Assembly (NCBI GenBank): GCA_016926535.1
Contig: JAFGOK010000088.1
Span: 1 to 56,391 of the forward strand
Length of the DNA stretch: 56,391 bases
Origin: Micromonosporaceae bacterium
GTDB lineage: Bacteria > Actinomycetota > Actinomycetes > Mycobacteriales > Micromonosporaceae
Direction of reading: 5' to 3'
This document shows positions 27,725 through 36,534 of the stretch, one piece after another (position 1 is the first letter of the stretch; each line of letters begins with the position of its first letter). A model generated the notes under the pieces. That model was not told the origin of the DNA. It was given only the letters and a program-made list of their open reading frames with translations, and did not search any database. The position numbers and the translations under genes were made by a program.

Positions 27725-29698
27725 CTACGGCTGGTGACTGCGGCGAGAGTCCGGGTTGTTGGTCGCGATGCTGCCGCTGCTTCGCGGGTGCGTCGCGGTC
27801 CAGGGGCCGGGCGGCGTCGCGCCGGTGGTGTCGATGGCGTGGATGAGCCATTGCGCGTATGCGGTGAGGAGTTGCTGGAGGGCGGTGTCGTCGCGGATGT
27901 GGGCGAACGTTTTGTGGGCGCGCTGGCGCCATTGCTCGGCGACGTCGGTGGGTTGCTGGTCGCGGATGGGGTGGGGCGCGTAGGCGCGTTCGGTGCCGGT
28001 GACCCGGGACCAGACGATGATCGAGGCGCAGTCCTGCTGGCGATCGCCGAGTTCGGGTTGATGCCCGCGGCCGTTGCCCGGCAGTTGGTCGATGATGGTG
28101 GTCCAGCTTGCGGAGTCGATGCACCAGTCGCGGAGCGCGGTGCGGCGGCGATGGTAGTCGATGGGCTGTGGCATGGCCTCGATCTGGTCGGCGATGTCGT
28201 GGACCGCGGCTTCGAACTCGTGCGGGTCGCTGCGTCGCCGCGCCCAGGCGTGCACGGCCGAGATGCTGGAGTAGCTGCGGTAGTACGCCGTGCGGGTGTC
28301 GGGCAGGCCGAGGCGGCCCGCGGCTTCCCGAACGGAGCCGCCCATGGCGGTCTGGCAGAGGTGCAGTGCGGCGGTTCGTCGTAGCTGTGCGGTGTTGATG
28401 CCGTCGAAGTGGGCGAGATACTGCTGGTACCAGTCGTCTTGGAGGAACTGCGGGATGTGTTCGGGTCCGAACGGGACCCGTCTGATCGCGGCGCCCAGGC
28501 CCCGGCCCCGGCCAGGCCGGGCGTAGGTCTGCAGGATCGGGGCGAAGGCGTGTCGCAGCCCTTCGGAGCAGTCCGGCCGGACGGTCACGAACTGCCGGGC
28601 CCAACTCTGGCGGCCGAGGCGACGTTGATCGTGGCCGAGCAGGTGCCGCAGGTGCGGGGTGAGCGTGCGCGGCGTTTCAAGGGTGAGTAGCCCGTCGGCG
28701 GTGGTCAGTAGCGCCGCGCATGCGACCGCGTCCAGAGGCGGTGCGCGGTGTTCGGTGCGGGGATGATGGTCGGAGGCGGTCATGACGCGCCGCCGCCGAG
28801 TGGTTTCCTGCGGCTGGGTGAGGTAGGTATCCAGCGCGTCGGCCACTGCGGGGCTCGGTGTCAGGTCCCGGGCCAGCGGCCACGACCGCCGGATGAGGTA
28901 GCTGAGCAGGATCAGGTCGGTGAAGTACCGGGCTGGGGTGGTGGACTGGCCGAGGCAGTGGACCTGGTCGGGGCCGGCGGAGTCCAACGCGGCGAGGATG
29001 CGCTGCTGGGTGGCCGATACGGTGCTGCATGGTCGTTGCCCCGGGCGGGCGTCGGTGAGCCACGCGCCGCACGCCCCGTGCCGTCCGGCCTCGTCGTTGG
29101 TGGACTGTTGGCTGGGGCGGGCCCGGCATTGCGTCGGGTGCAGGCCGCTGTCCCACCAGCGGGGTAGGTGCCCGTGATCACGTTGGTGCACCAGGCTGCC
29201 GCAGGTTGGGCATTGGTGCAGTAGGTAGCGCCTGTGGTGGGGACAGGTGAACACGACCGGCAGGCACCAGGTCCGCTGCCATGGGCCGCCGTGGCGGCGC
29301 TGGATCGTGGTGCGGTCGCCGATCAGGCATTGCGGACAGTAGCGGGTCGACGTTGTCAGTTGCCACCGTTCGAGGTGGGTCCGGCTGCCGTGACGGCCTG
29401 CCGGGTCCGGCCGTGGCGTCGCCGGTGGATACCGGGAGGCGAAGGTGCTGGGGAACAGGTCGGCGACCTCAGCCGGGCTCAAGTGGGTGGCGTGGGCGAA
29501 GTTCCGTAGGGCGGCGGGCTCGGGTTGCGTGAGCAGACGGCGGCTGGGGGTTGTTCGCGGCGACTCGTGCAGGCCGGTGACCACGAGCAGCCGGGCGGGC
29601 GAGGTGTCCAGTCGGTGAGCCAGGCGCAGCACATATCCGGTGATCGACTCGTCGGGGAGGGGTGCCAGGCTCCGTGGCAGTCCCGGGCCTGGGGTCAT
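27725..29698 (-). CDS. tniQ: TniQ/TnsD-like target-selection protein
   Basis: ATG 29698 in ATGA overlap with the tniB stop. N-terminus LPRSLAPLPDESITGYVLRLAHRL is the TniQ signature. Cys/His zinc-like motifs (CPQC, CPHH...CPTC) are present. 657 aa. Confidence 0.75.
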   Translation of the reverse strand: MTPGPGLPRSLAPLPDESITGYVLRLAHRLDTSPARLLVVTGLHESPRTTPSRRLLTQPEPAALRNFAHATHLSPAEVADLFPSTFASRYPPATPRPDPAGRHGSRTHLERWQLTTSTRYCPQCLIGDRTTIQRRHGGPWQRTWCLPVVFTCPHHRRYLLHQCPTCGSLVHQRDHGHLPRWWDSGLHPTQCRARPSQQSTNDEAGRHGACGAWLTDARPGQRPCSTVSATQQRILAALDSAGPDQVHCLGQSTTPARYFTDLILLSYLIRRSWPLARDLTPSPAVADALDTYLTQPQETTRRRRVMTASDHHPRTEHRAPPLDAVACAALLTTADGLLTLETPRTLTPHLRHLLGHDQRRLGRQSWARQFVTVRPDCSEGLRHAFAPILQTYARPGRGRGLGAAIRRVPFGPEHIPQFLQDDWYQQYLAHFDGINTAQLRRTAALHLCQTAMGGSVREAAGRLGLPDTRTAYYRSYSSISAVHAWARRRSDPHEFEAAVHDIADQIEAMPQPIDYHRRRTALRDWCIDSASWTTIIDQLPGNGRGHQPELGDRQQDCASIIVWSRVTGTERAYAPHPIRDQQPTDVAEQWRQRAHKTFAHIRDDTALQQLLTAYAQWLIHAIDTTGATPPGPWTATHPRSSGSIATNNPDSRRSHQP

Positions 29699-30957
29699 GC
29701 GGCGTCGTCGGATGCGACGCGGTCGGGGGTGCCGTGATCGTCGAAGACCGTGTTGCGGCCACGCCGTTGCTTCGGGGCGCAACGGGGTTGTGAGGTGGTG
29801 GGCACTGCTGGGATCTCGCCGGCTGCGGGGTCGCGGGTGGGGTCGTTGCCGAGGTTGATGGTGATGGTGTCCAACAGGTTCTCGGTCAGCGTCTCGGCCC
29901 CGGTGTCGAGAGCCTCGGTGCAGCCGTCCTCCACCAGTCGTTCCAGCAGGCCGACCACACCGGCGGTGCGGCGGAACAGGTACTCCGGCATGGCGCCGTC
30001 GGTGAGCGTGCCCGGGGCGGCCTTCAACAGCCGTAGGTGGTGTTCCAGCCCGGCCAGATGCGCGACCCAGGCGGCGATGTTCTGCGGGGTGTCGTAACGG
30101 AACGGTTCCAGGCGGATCAGGTCGAAGCGCCGCTCGGTCTGGGTGGACGCCTCATCGCCGGCCGGTGGTGGCAGGACCCACTGGCCGGTGCGGGGGTCGT
30201 GTCGGCCTTCGCGTAGCAGCCCGGAGCCGGGGATGTCGACGCCGATGAGGACCAGGGTGGTGTGCATGCTCATGAACGCCCGGAGCAGGTCGAGAGTGTC
30301 CTGGTCGTCGGCACGGTGCATCTTCAGGCGGGTGATGTCGTCGAGGAGGAGTGCCCGAACGCCGTGGTCGTGCAGTGAGCTGCGCACCGCCCGGGTCAGT
30401 TGGGGCAGGGTCATCTTGTGGTGGTCGGCGCCGAAGAAGTCCAGGATCGCCTCGCAGGTGCTTTTCGGTTTCGCGGTCACCGGGGTTTGCACGTAGGCGA
30501 CCGGGGCGTGCAGGTCGCGGGTGCCAGGGAGTGCGTTCGGGTTGAGGTGGTGGTGCAGGTCCAGCCAGGCATCCTCGAACGCGGCGGCGATCTCGCATGC
30601 GGTCTCGGTCTTGCCCTGGTACCCACCGCCGGTGATCATCAGTCCGGCCCGGGTGGTGGGCTTGTGTTTGAGGGCGTTGGTCTGCAGCCGGGATCGCATG
30701 ATCCGGGTGACCGCCAGGCTCATCGGCGTGTCCTGCAACGGCAGGTTGGCGTGGGTGGCGGCGCGGTGCAGGTCGTGCAGATGCCGCTTGCGGGGGCTCA
30801 GCCTCCGGTAGTCGGCGGTGCTCAGCCGCGGGGCGGGTACGAACGCGTGCCGGGTGCGCCGCCAGCGCTGCCAGCCCTCGACGGTCTCCCGGTCGGTGAT
30901 CGGCCCGGGCAGGATGAACGACGACGGCGCGTCGTCGCGTGCCGGGTCGATCCTCAC
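29695..30957 (-). CDS. tnsC: TniB/TnsC-like AAA+ ATPase
   Basis: Walker A ITGGGYQGKTE and Walker B ALLLDDITRL. Overlaps tnsB and tniQ. Confidence 0.8.
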   Translation of the reverse strand: MRIDPARDDAPSSFILPGPITDRETVEGWQRWRRTRHAFVPAPRLSTADYRRLSPRKRHLHDLHRAATHANLPLQDTPMSLAVTRIMRSRLQTNALKHKPTTRAGLMITGGGYQGKTETACEIAAAFEDAWLDLHHHLNPNALPGTRDLHAPVAYVQTPVTAKPKSTCEAILDFFGADHHKMTLPQLTRAVRSSLHDHGVRALLLDDITRLKMHRADDQDTLDLLRAFMSMHTTLVLIGVDIPGSGLLREGRHDPRTGQWVLPPPAGDEASTQTERRFDLIRLEPFRYDTPQNIAAWVAHLAGLEHHLRLLKAAPGTLTDGAMPEYLFRRTAGVVGLLERLVEDGCTEALDTGAETLTENLLDTITINLGNDPTRDPAAGEIPAVPTTSQPRCAPKQRRGRNTVFDDHGTPDRVASDDAA

Positions 30958-33287
30958 GACGCCTCCGGTGGATGCTCGCCGGTCGCCTGGTCGGAATCTG
31001 GGCCGGGGCCGGTGTTCTCGTCTGGCGGCAGCAGGAACAGGTTGCGCTGCCGGAACCCGTCTCCCAGCCGGGCCGGTGGGGTGACCGGGTGCCCGGCAAG
31101 GGCCTCGCGGCGGCGGTGTGCGCGGTCGCTGTCGACGGTCTGCTGCACCTGCTGGGCACGCTGGCGCCAGCCGGGCTGGCCGACCGTGGCCGCGGGGACC
31201 GCGCCCGCACCAGTGCCGCGGCCATTGGATCGGCGTGAACCGGTGGTCCGGGTCGCGTCGCCAGGCGGGCCGCCTGCTGCGTTGCCAGGGCGGTCGGTGG
31301 CCGCGGCCCGTGCCTGGGTGGCCTCGCGGGCGTGCGCGATGCGCTCGGTCTTGGCCATCTGGGTGGGCCAGGCATCGACTGGGATGTGCGCTCCGATCAG
31401 GTCCAGCAGCAGTGGCAGCAACTCGGCGTCCGAGCGGGGCCGCAGCCCGGCCTGGGCGGCTGCGGCGAGCAGATCACGGACCCTGGCGTCGTTGAACGCG
31501 GGTACCTCATCCTCGGGTGGTAGCCCGGCCCATCGCAGGGGATGCCAGTCGTGGGTGTTGGGGTCCTGGAAGAACACGGCGCGGGCATCGCGCGGGTCAC
31601 GGCGGATCACCCACTGGCGTTGGTGCCGGCCGCCCCGGGCCGACGGTTCGTTGCGGTAGGCGTCCAGCGCTGCCCCGTCGTACCACAGCCCGCGGATCTT
31701 CACCCCGCGCTGGCCGTGGATGCGCACGTGGTGCGCGGGCAGCAACTGGTAGTACAACTGTGGGGCGGGGATCTGGATCGCGAAGCCGCCCTGCGCCATC
31801 GCCGCGGCGAACAGCGTGTTCGGACTGTGGTCGCCCACCGGGTCCCAGCACGGCGCGTGTTCGCCCAACCGCCGGTTCTGCCAGATCTTGACCGTCCAGG
31901 TCGCGATCAGGTGCTCCATCGCGTCGATGGTCAACACCGCGTCGGCCTCCGGATCGACGCCACGGTCGGCCACGTCGACACCGCTGTAGCCGAGCAGGTG
32001 CTCGAACAGCAGCGACCGGATGCCGCCAAACGCCCGTTCGATCGCCTGCTTGTCGGTAGGACGCAGGACCCGGCTGGGCAGGATGTTGGCGCCCAGCACC
32101 CGCTGCACCTCGACGAGGTGGTGGTTGCGGTAGACGCTGCCGTGATCGGTGGTGATCGTCTCCGGGGCGAAAAACGGCAGGCCGGCCACCTCGTACCCGG
32201 CGAACTCGGCCACCATCGCGGTCGGCAGGCCCGGGTAGGGCCAGGCCATGTCCTCGCCCCAGTCGCCGCGCATCGGCAGCGGCATCGTCACGTCCCGCAA
32301 CAGCATCGCCACGTCCACCGCGCAGTCGGACACCAGCGTGAGTCGGAACGCCACCAGTGAATGCGTGTAGGCGTCCAGCGCCAGCGTCAGGTGCACCGAC
32401 ACCGGCTCACCGAACACCGTCTCGCGGACCTTGACCGGCAAGATCGTGGTGTCCAGGGCAACGACCTGCCCCGGCCGGTGCACCACCACATGCCCAGCGC
32501 TGGTCGGCAACTGCGCGGTGCGCGCGTAGCGTTGCCGGGCCCCTCCCGGCCCGAACCACTCCCGCCAGACCAGCCGCAGCGTGCCGTAACTCGGGATCGC
32601 CGCCTCGGCCTCGACACCATGGCGTTCCCGCACGTACTGATGCACCAGCCGTTCCCGGGTCCGCATACTCACCCGCGAGCGGTGCAACGTTTCCATGCGC
32701 ACCGCATGGATCGCTTCGCGGACCTGCTCGCCCACGCTCGGGTGCCCGGCCACGGCCCGTAGCCATCGGTCATCGGCGCAACCAATCGCGCCGAACTGGC
32801 GGCGACGAACCTCCCACCGTTGCAGGGTGCGGTAGCTGATGCGCCCCAGCCCCAGCAGGCGGGCCTGGTCAGCGTCCAACGCGGCCAGTTCGGCGGCCTT
32901 CGTCCGCCGCCGCTGGGTGCGGGTCGTGGTCGCCGGGTCGTAGCACCCCTGCGGCTCGCCCGGTCCTGGGCGCAGCGGGTCCCCGCTGCGGAAGCCGGTC
33001 TCCACCTCCAGCAGGTGCGCCACCCGCAGCGCCACCAACTCCCGCTGCCGCACGCTCAGATCGCCCATGCCCGCTGGCTGGCGTCCCCGATCCGCGGCCG
33101 GCACCGGCGTCTGCCGGGTCGACGGCCGGCAGCCGGGATGGTTGATCAGAAACCGGAACGTCGCTGGCATCCGGTCGCCGCCAACAGACACCAGCACCAC
33201 GCGGCCGCACTGCGGTTCGGCGTGCTCGACGACCCATTCCACACCGTCGAGGATCAACCGGGTCCCGGCAGACAGGTCCAACGCCAT
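30954..33287 (-). CDS. tnsB: TnsB-like DDE transposase (rve core + Mu-transposase C-terminal domain)
   Basis: Start taken at ATG 33287 (MALDLSAGTRLILDGVEWVV). N-terminal HTH regions, DDE core (VVALDTTILPV, TITTDHGSVY) and the C-terminal WVIRRDPRDARAVFFQDP motif. Confidence 0.85.
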   Translation of the reverse strand: MALDLSAGTRLILDGVEWVVEHAEPQCGRVVLVSVGGDRMPATFRFLINHPGCRPSTRQTPVPAADRGRQPAGMGDLSVRQRELVALRVAHLLEVETGFRSGDPLRPGPGEPQGCYDPATTTRTQRRRTKAAELAALDADQARLLGLGRISYRTLQRWEVRRRQFGAIGCADDRWLRAVAGHPSVGEQVREAIHAVRMETLHRSRVSMRTRERLVHQYVRERHGVEAEAAIPSYGTLRLVWREWFGPGGARQRYARTAQLPTSAGHVVVHRPGQVVALDTTILPVKVRETVFGEPVSVHLTLALDAYTHSLVAFRLTLVSDCAVDVAMLLRDVTMPLPMRGDWGEDMAWPYPGLPTAMVAEFAGYEVAGLPFFAPETITTDHGSVYRNHHLVEVQRVLGANILPSRVLRPTDKQAIERAFGGIRSLLFEHLLGYSGVDVADRGVDPEADAVLTIDAMEHLIATWTVKIWQNRRLGEHAPCWDPVGDHSPNTLFAAAMAQGGFAIQIPAPQLYYQLLPAHHVRIHGQRGVKIRGLWYDGAALDAYRNEPSARGGRHQRQWVIRRDPRDARAVFFQDPNTHDWHPLRWAGLPPEDEVPAFNDARVRDLLAAAAQAGLRPRSDAELLPLLLDLIGAHIPVDAWPTQMAKTERIAHAREATQARAAATDRPGNAAGGPPGDATRTTGSRRSNGRGTGAGAVPAATVGQPGWRQRAQQVQQTVDSDRAHRRREALAGHPVTPPARLGDGFRQRNLFLLPPDENTGPGPDSDQATGEHPPEAS

Positions 33288-33298
33288 AGCACCGGTCC

Positions 33299-34171
33299 TC
33301 ACCGCGACTCCTTCCCGGCACAGACCACGCTGGTCTCGCCCAGTGGCGAGCCGAGTTCGACACCCAACCGGCGTCGCCACAGAAGATGCAGCAGCCAGGC
33401 CCGCGCCACTGGCGGCGCCACCGTGGTCGCGGCCAACTCGCCGAACGGGCGCGGCCCCGCAGCCACCGCCGTCACCAACGCGTCCGCCATCCCCAGCCGG
33501 TCGGTCAACGGGCGCCGTTGTGCCGACAGTGTGTCCAACGTGGTCGTCATGTGCGGTTTCCAACCAGTCACCACGACATAGCGCCAGCCCAACATCAACG
33601 CCACCTCGGCTGATGCGGCGAATGCCACCCGGTCCTGCTGGGCAACCCGAGCGGCTGGCCGTACATCGATCAGCCACCGACCGGTCCGGGAGAACGCGAG
33701 GTAGTCCGGGATGTGCTCGTGCGGACCGCTGCGGGTCGAGTACCGCAGCCGCAACGGTTGCGCGAGCACATCCACCAGGTCACCGGCGAAGTCCAGCGCG
33801 AGCAGCAGCCGGGCTTCCTCCAACGACTCGAACCCGTGGTGGCGGCCGGTGCTCACCAGGAACTGCAGCCCCGACCGGTGCCGCTGGTTACGGCGCCAGG
33901 AAAAGTGGCGTACCGGCTCACACCCAGTCGCCGGCATCGACCCCAGGTCCCGTGCCGGGCAGGTGACCTCGTCGCCCGCATACCGCCACGTCGCGGTCCA
34001 GCGCCTCGCCCAATCCGGACCGAGTCCCAGCGCGCCGCGTACGTCATCGAACCCACCGCACGAAACGGCCAGGTCATCCCACCCACAGCGGTGCGACCAT
34101 ATCGCCGCCCGGCCAGGAGGCGCCTCTCGGCCATCGGCAGCACCCAACCGGCCCTTGATAGTCGTCACCAC
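33299..34171 (-). CDS. tnsA: TnsA-like endonuclease subunit
   Basis: GTG 34171. FESLEEARLLLALDF...HIPDYLAFSRTGRWLIDVRP fits the TnsA N-terminal PD-(D/E)xK-type domain. Lies immediately upstream of tnsB. Confidence 0.7.
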   Translation of the reverse strand: MVTTIKGRLGAADGREAPPGRAAIWSHRCGWDDLAVSCGGFDDVRGALGLGPDWARRWTATWRYAGDEVTCPARDLGSMPATGCEPVRHFSWRRNQRHRSGLQFLVSTGRHHGFESLEEARLLLALDFAGDLVDVLAQPLRLRYSTRSGPHEHIPDYLAFSRTGRWLIDVRPAARVAQQDRVAFAASAEVALMLGWRYVVVTGWKPHMTTTLDTLSAQRRPLTDRLGMADALVTAVAAGPRPFGELAATTVAPPVARAWLLHLLWRRRLGVELGSPLGETSVVCAGKESR

Positions 34172-34326
34172 ACCATCAAAGCCAACAACTGTGGTATCTA
34201 TTCGGCAACACGCCTAATTAGTGCCAACAACACTGAAAAGTATGATAGATGCCAAGTATGGCAAAAAAGCAGTGCCAACCATCGCTGGCCGAAGCGGTCG
34301 AGTTCGCAGCCCACCGTGTCGCGATG

Positions 34327-34351
34327 ATGCCAACTACGGCCGAAAGTCACA
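34327..34351. repeat. Tn7-like right (tnsA-proximal) terminal inverted repeat
   Basis: ...tgccaactacggccgaaagtcaca ends at 34351. Additional (T/C)GCCAA(C/G) copies lie at 34180, 34203, 34222, 34250 and 34273, denser than at the left end, as in Tn7. Confidence 0.8.
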
Positions 34352-34441
34352 ATGGTCTCCGATCCACCTGCGCTCGCGTTGGAGCACAGCTGTCTGGCCG
34401 CCGTGCGATGCGCGTTTCGCAGCTACACTTCGCAGACACAA

Positions 34442-35542
34442 TCATTTAGTGACAATCCGGCGTATTTTGGCTATACGATTAATCCATTTTGATATATCGC
34501 TAATTTTTACAGTATCACCCGTATGGGGTGCTTGTATTAAAAGTCCTTGTCCTATGTAGAGTCCGACGTGTCCTGGGCGGCTCATCGTGCCGTCGCTGCC
34601 GGGGATGAAGATGAGGTCTCCGGGGAGGATGCTGTCGAGGCTGGCGACGGCGATACCGGCGTACTGCTGCTCGCGGGTGGTGCGCGGCAGCCGGATCCCG
34701 GCGGCCTTGTAGGACTGCTGAATCAGCGACGAGCAGTCGCACTGGTGGGCTGGGTCGCCGGAGCGGGCAGCGGTGCAGTCGCCGCCGTAGGAGTATGGGG
34801 TGCCGAGCTGGGCCAGGGCCCAGGCGATGGCGGTGACCACAGCGGGTGGGGTGCTCGCTGGCAGGACGAACCCGGGCGGCAGCGAGAGGGACCCGCCGCC
34901 GGATTGCCCGTCGCCGCCGAGCCCGATGCAGACGCTCAGCCACTGGGCGAACTCGGCCGGCAGGATCCCGCTGAGCGTGGGGCCAACATGTGCCACGAGC
35001 AGGTACGCATCGTGTTCCCAGGCTGAGTATGCCGTCGGGTAGGCGCTGCGCTGCACGGCCTGTGCTGCCTGGGCCACGGGCAGATCCTGCCAGTGGGGTA
35101 CCTGCAGGAGGCGCTGGTAGAACCGGGTAGCGGCGTAGACCGGGTTGAGGATCTGGGCGGGGGTTCCCCAGCCTTGACTTGGGCGTTGCTGGAACAGGCC
35201 GAGGCTGTCATGGTCGTTGCGCGGCCCGAGGTCTCCGAGGTTGCGGAGGCTGGATTCCTGGATGGCGGTGGCGACGGCGATGACCCAGCCCCGGGGCGGT
35301 ATCCGCAGCCGCTGGCCGACGGCGACGATGGTGGCCGCGTTGGTGACCTGCTCGCCGCTCCAGTTTTCCACCGCCGGCCAGCCGCCCTCCGGGGCGCTGG
35401 AACCGCTGGGTGGGTCCGTGGTCGCGGGCGTCGCGCAGGTGGCCAGGGCGAGGCCGCCGCCCAGGAGGCCGAGTACCGCGACGCCTCCCAGGATGAGTAC
35501 GGCGATGATGCCGGCCAGGCCGGCGATGATCTTGCCGCTCAT
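34442..35542 (-). CDS. Conjugation-associated cell-wall hydrolase (N-terminal muramidase-like region + C-terminal NlpC/P60 C40 peptidase)
   Basis: ATG 35542 with GGAGGAAG SD. Signal/TM segment, DHDSLGLFQQRPSQGWG motif, and C40 motifs DCSSLIQQSY (Cys), GHVGLYIG and APHTGD (His). Confidence 0.8.
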   Translation of the reverse strand: MSGKIIAGLAGIIAVLILGGVAVLGLLGGGLALATCATPATTDPPSGSSAPEGGWPAVENWSGEQVTNAATIVAVGQRLRIPPRGWVIAVATAIQESSLRNLGDLGPRNDHDSLGLFQQRPSQGWGTPAQILNPVYAATRFYQRLLQVPHWQDLPVAQAAQAVQRSAYPTAYSAWEHDAYLLVAHVGPTLSGILPAEFAQWLSVCIGLGGDGQSGGGSLSLPPGFVLPASTPPAVVTAIAWALAQLGTPYSYGGDCTAARSGDPAHQCDCSSLIQQSYKAAGIRLPRTTREQQYAGIAVASLDSILPGDLIFIPGSDGTMSRPGHVGLYIGQGLLIQAPHTGDTVKISDISKWINRIAKIRRIVTK

Positions 35543-35634
35543 GGGCTTCCTCCAGAGTGGTCGGCGCTGTCGGGGCGGGTGCGACCATGCGGGCGCTTCC
35601 GTCCCGGCAGCGAGTGATCGGGATAGGTCAGAGG

Positions 35635-36381
35635 TCAGGTGGTGATGCCGCTCGCAGCGCTTCGGGGACCGGGGCGCGCGGGGCTGGCCGCGGGGGCGAT
35701 CGGACCGCTGGTGGAGGCCCTGGGGGGCGGACTGGGCGGGTCGAGGTGACCGTCTTCTCCGGCGGCGCGGATGAACTGCAGGGTGCGCAGCGATACGCCG
35801 TGCGCTGCTGCGGTTTCGGCGGTGGCGGCGTCGAGGTGCCTGGTGGCGTGCCAGATCTGCCGCCATCGGGCCAGGGCCGCTTCGCCGGTTGGGAGGCGTC
35901 GCGGGATGGTGCTGGCGTGGCGGGCTGCCATGCGTGCGGTGGGTACCTCGGCTCGGAAAGCGGCGGTCGCAGGGGAGGGCTGGGCGGGTTCGAAGAGATG
36001 GGCGAGCATCTTTGCCGCGGCGAGCAAGGCGATAGCCGACCAGCCGGAGATGGCGCGGGCGACGGCGTTGCCGGGCGCTACGGCGATGTTGGCGACGACG
36101 CTGGCCGCCGCGCCGATGCCGAGCACGGTCCAGGGCAGGGCTCCGCTGCGGCGGCCGGTACGGCGGTCGGCCAGCAGGACGAGGACGCCGATGAGGTCGA
36201 GGCCGTCAACGGTGAGCGGAAACGCGTGGGCGTCAATGCCCGAGTGGCCCGAGCGGCGGGCGAGCAGGACCATGTGCCGGTAGGAGATCCAGCCGGCGAG
36301 CCCGGCCAGGCCGGAGACAGTGAGTACCGCGATGGCGCGGGTGGCCTTGTCGGCGAGGGTGGTACGAGACGTGCGGGGCAT
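35635..36381 (-). CDS. DUF2637-domain membrane protein
   Basis: AIAVLTVSGLAGLAGWISYRHMVLLA...AFPLTVDGLDLIGVLVLL...VVANIAVAP is the DUF2637 pattern. GGAGGT SD. Confidence 0.65.
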   Translation of the reverse strand: MPRTSRTTLADKATRAIAVLTVSGLAGLAGWISYRHMVLLARRSGHSGIDAHAFPLTVDGLDLIGVLVLLADRRTGRRSGALPWTVLGIGAAASVVANIAVAPGNAVARAISGWSAIALLAAAKMLAHLFEPAQPSPATAAFRAEVPTARMAARHASTIPRRLPTGEAALARWRQIWHATRHLDAATAETAAAHGVSLRTLQFIRAAGEDGHLDPPSPPPRASTSGPIAPAASPARPGPRSAASGITT

Positions 36382-36534
36382 GTCGACCTCCGGATGTCAG
36401 CCGGCCGGACGCGTCGCGCACCACCTGCTGCCCGCACCCGCGTCCCGCAGGAGCGGAGTCGGCGGGCGCGCAGGGTGGCAGCGCGCGGGACCGGCACTGC
36501 GGGCAGGCTGGTGGCGCGGTGGGTGATGGTCAGG

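Larger units (their letters stand above)
27580..34351 (-). mobile_element. Complete cargo-less Tn7-like transposon (tnsA-tnsB-tnsC/tniB-tniQ), 6,772 bp
   Basis: Four overlapping or adjacent transposition genes. The termini are TGTGAC...GTCACA within imperfect inverted repeats. Reiterated TGCCAAC/GTTGGCA subterminal motifs are present. Identical ATGGT pentamers flank the element at 27575-27579 and 34352-34356. Confidence 0.85.

Noticed and set aside
30152-31659. 407-aa (-) and 419-aa (+) ORFs overlapping tnsC/tnsB
   Set aside because: They are off-frame or antisense to the transposase and ATPase genes and have Pro/Arg-rich low complexity.
33288-33677. 130-codon N-terminal extension of the TnsB ORF (start 33677)
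   Set aside because: It overlaps the 3' end of tnsA and has Gly/Arg-rich composition. The transposase-like sequence begins at MALDLSAG (ATG 33287), 11 nt after the tnsA stop.
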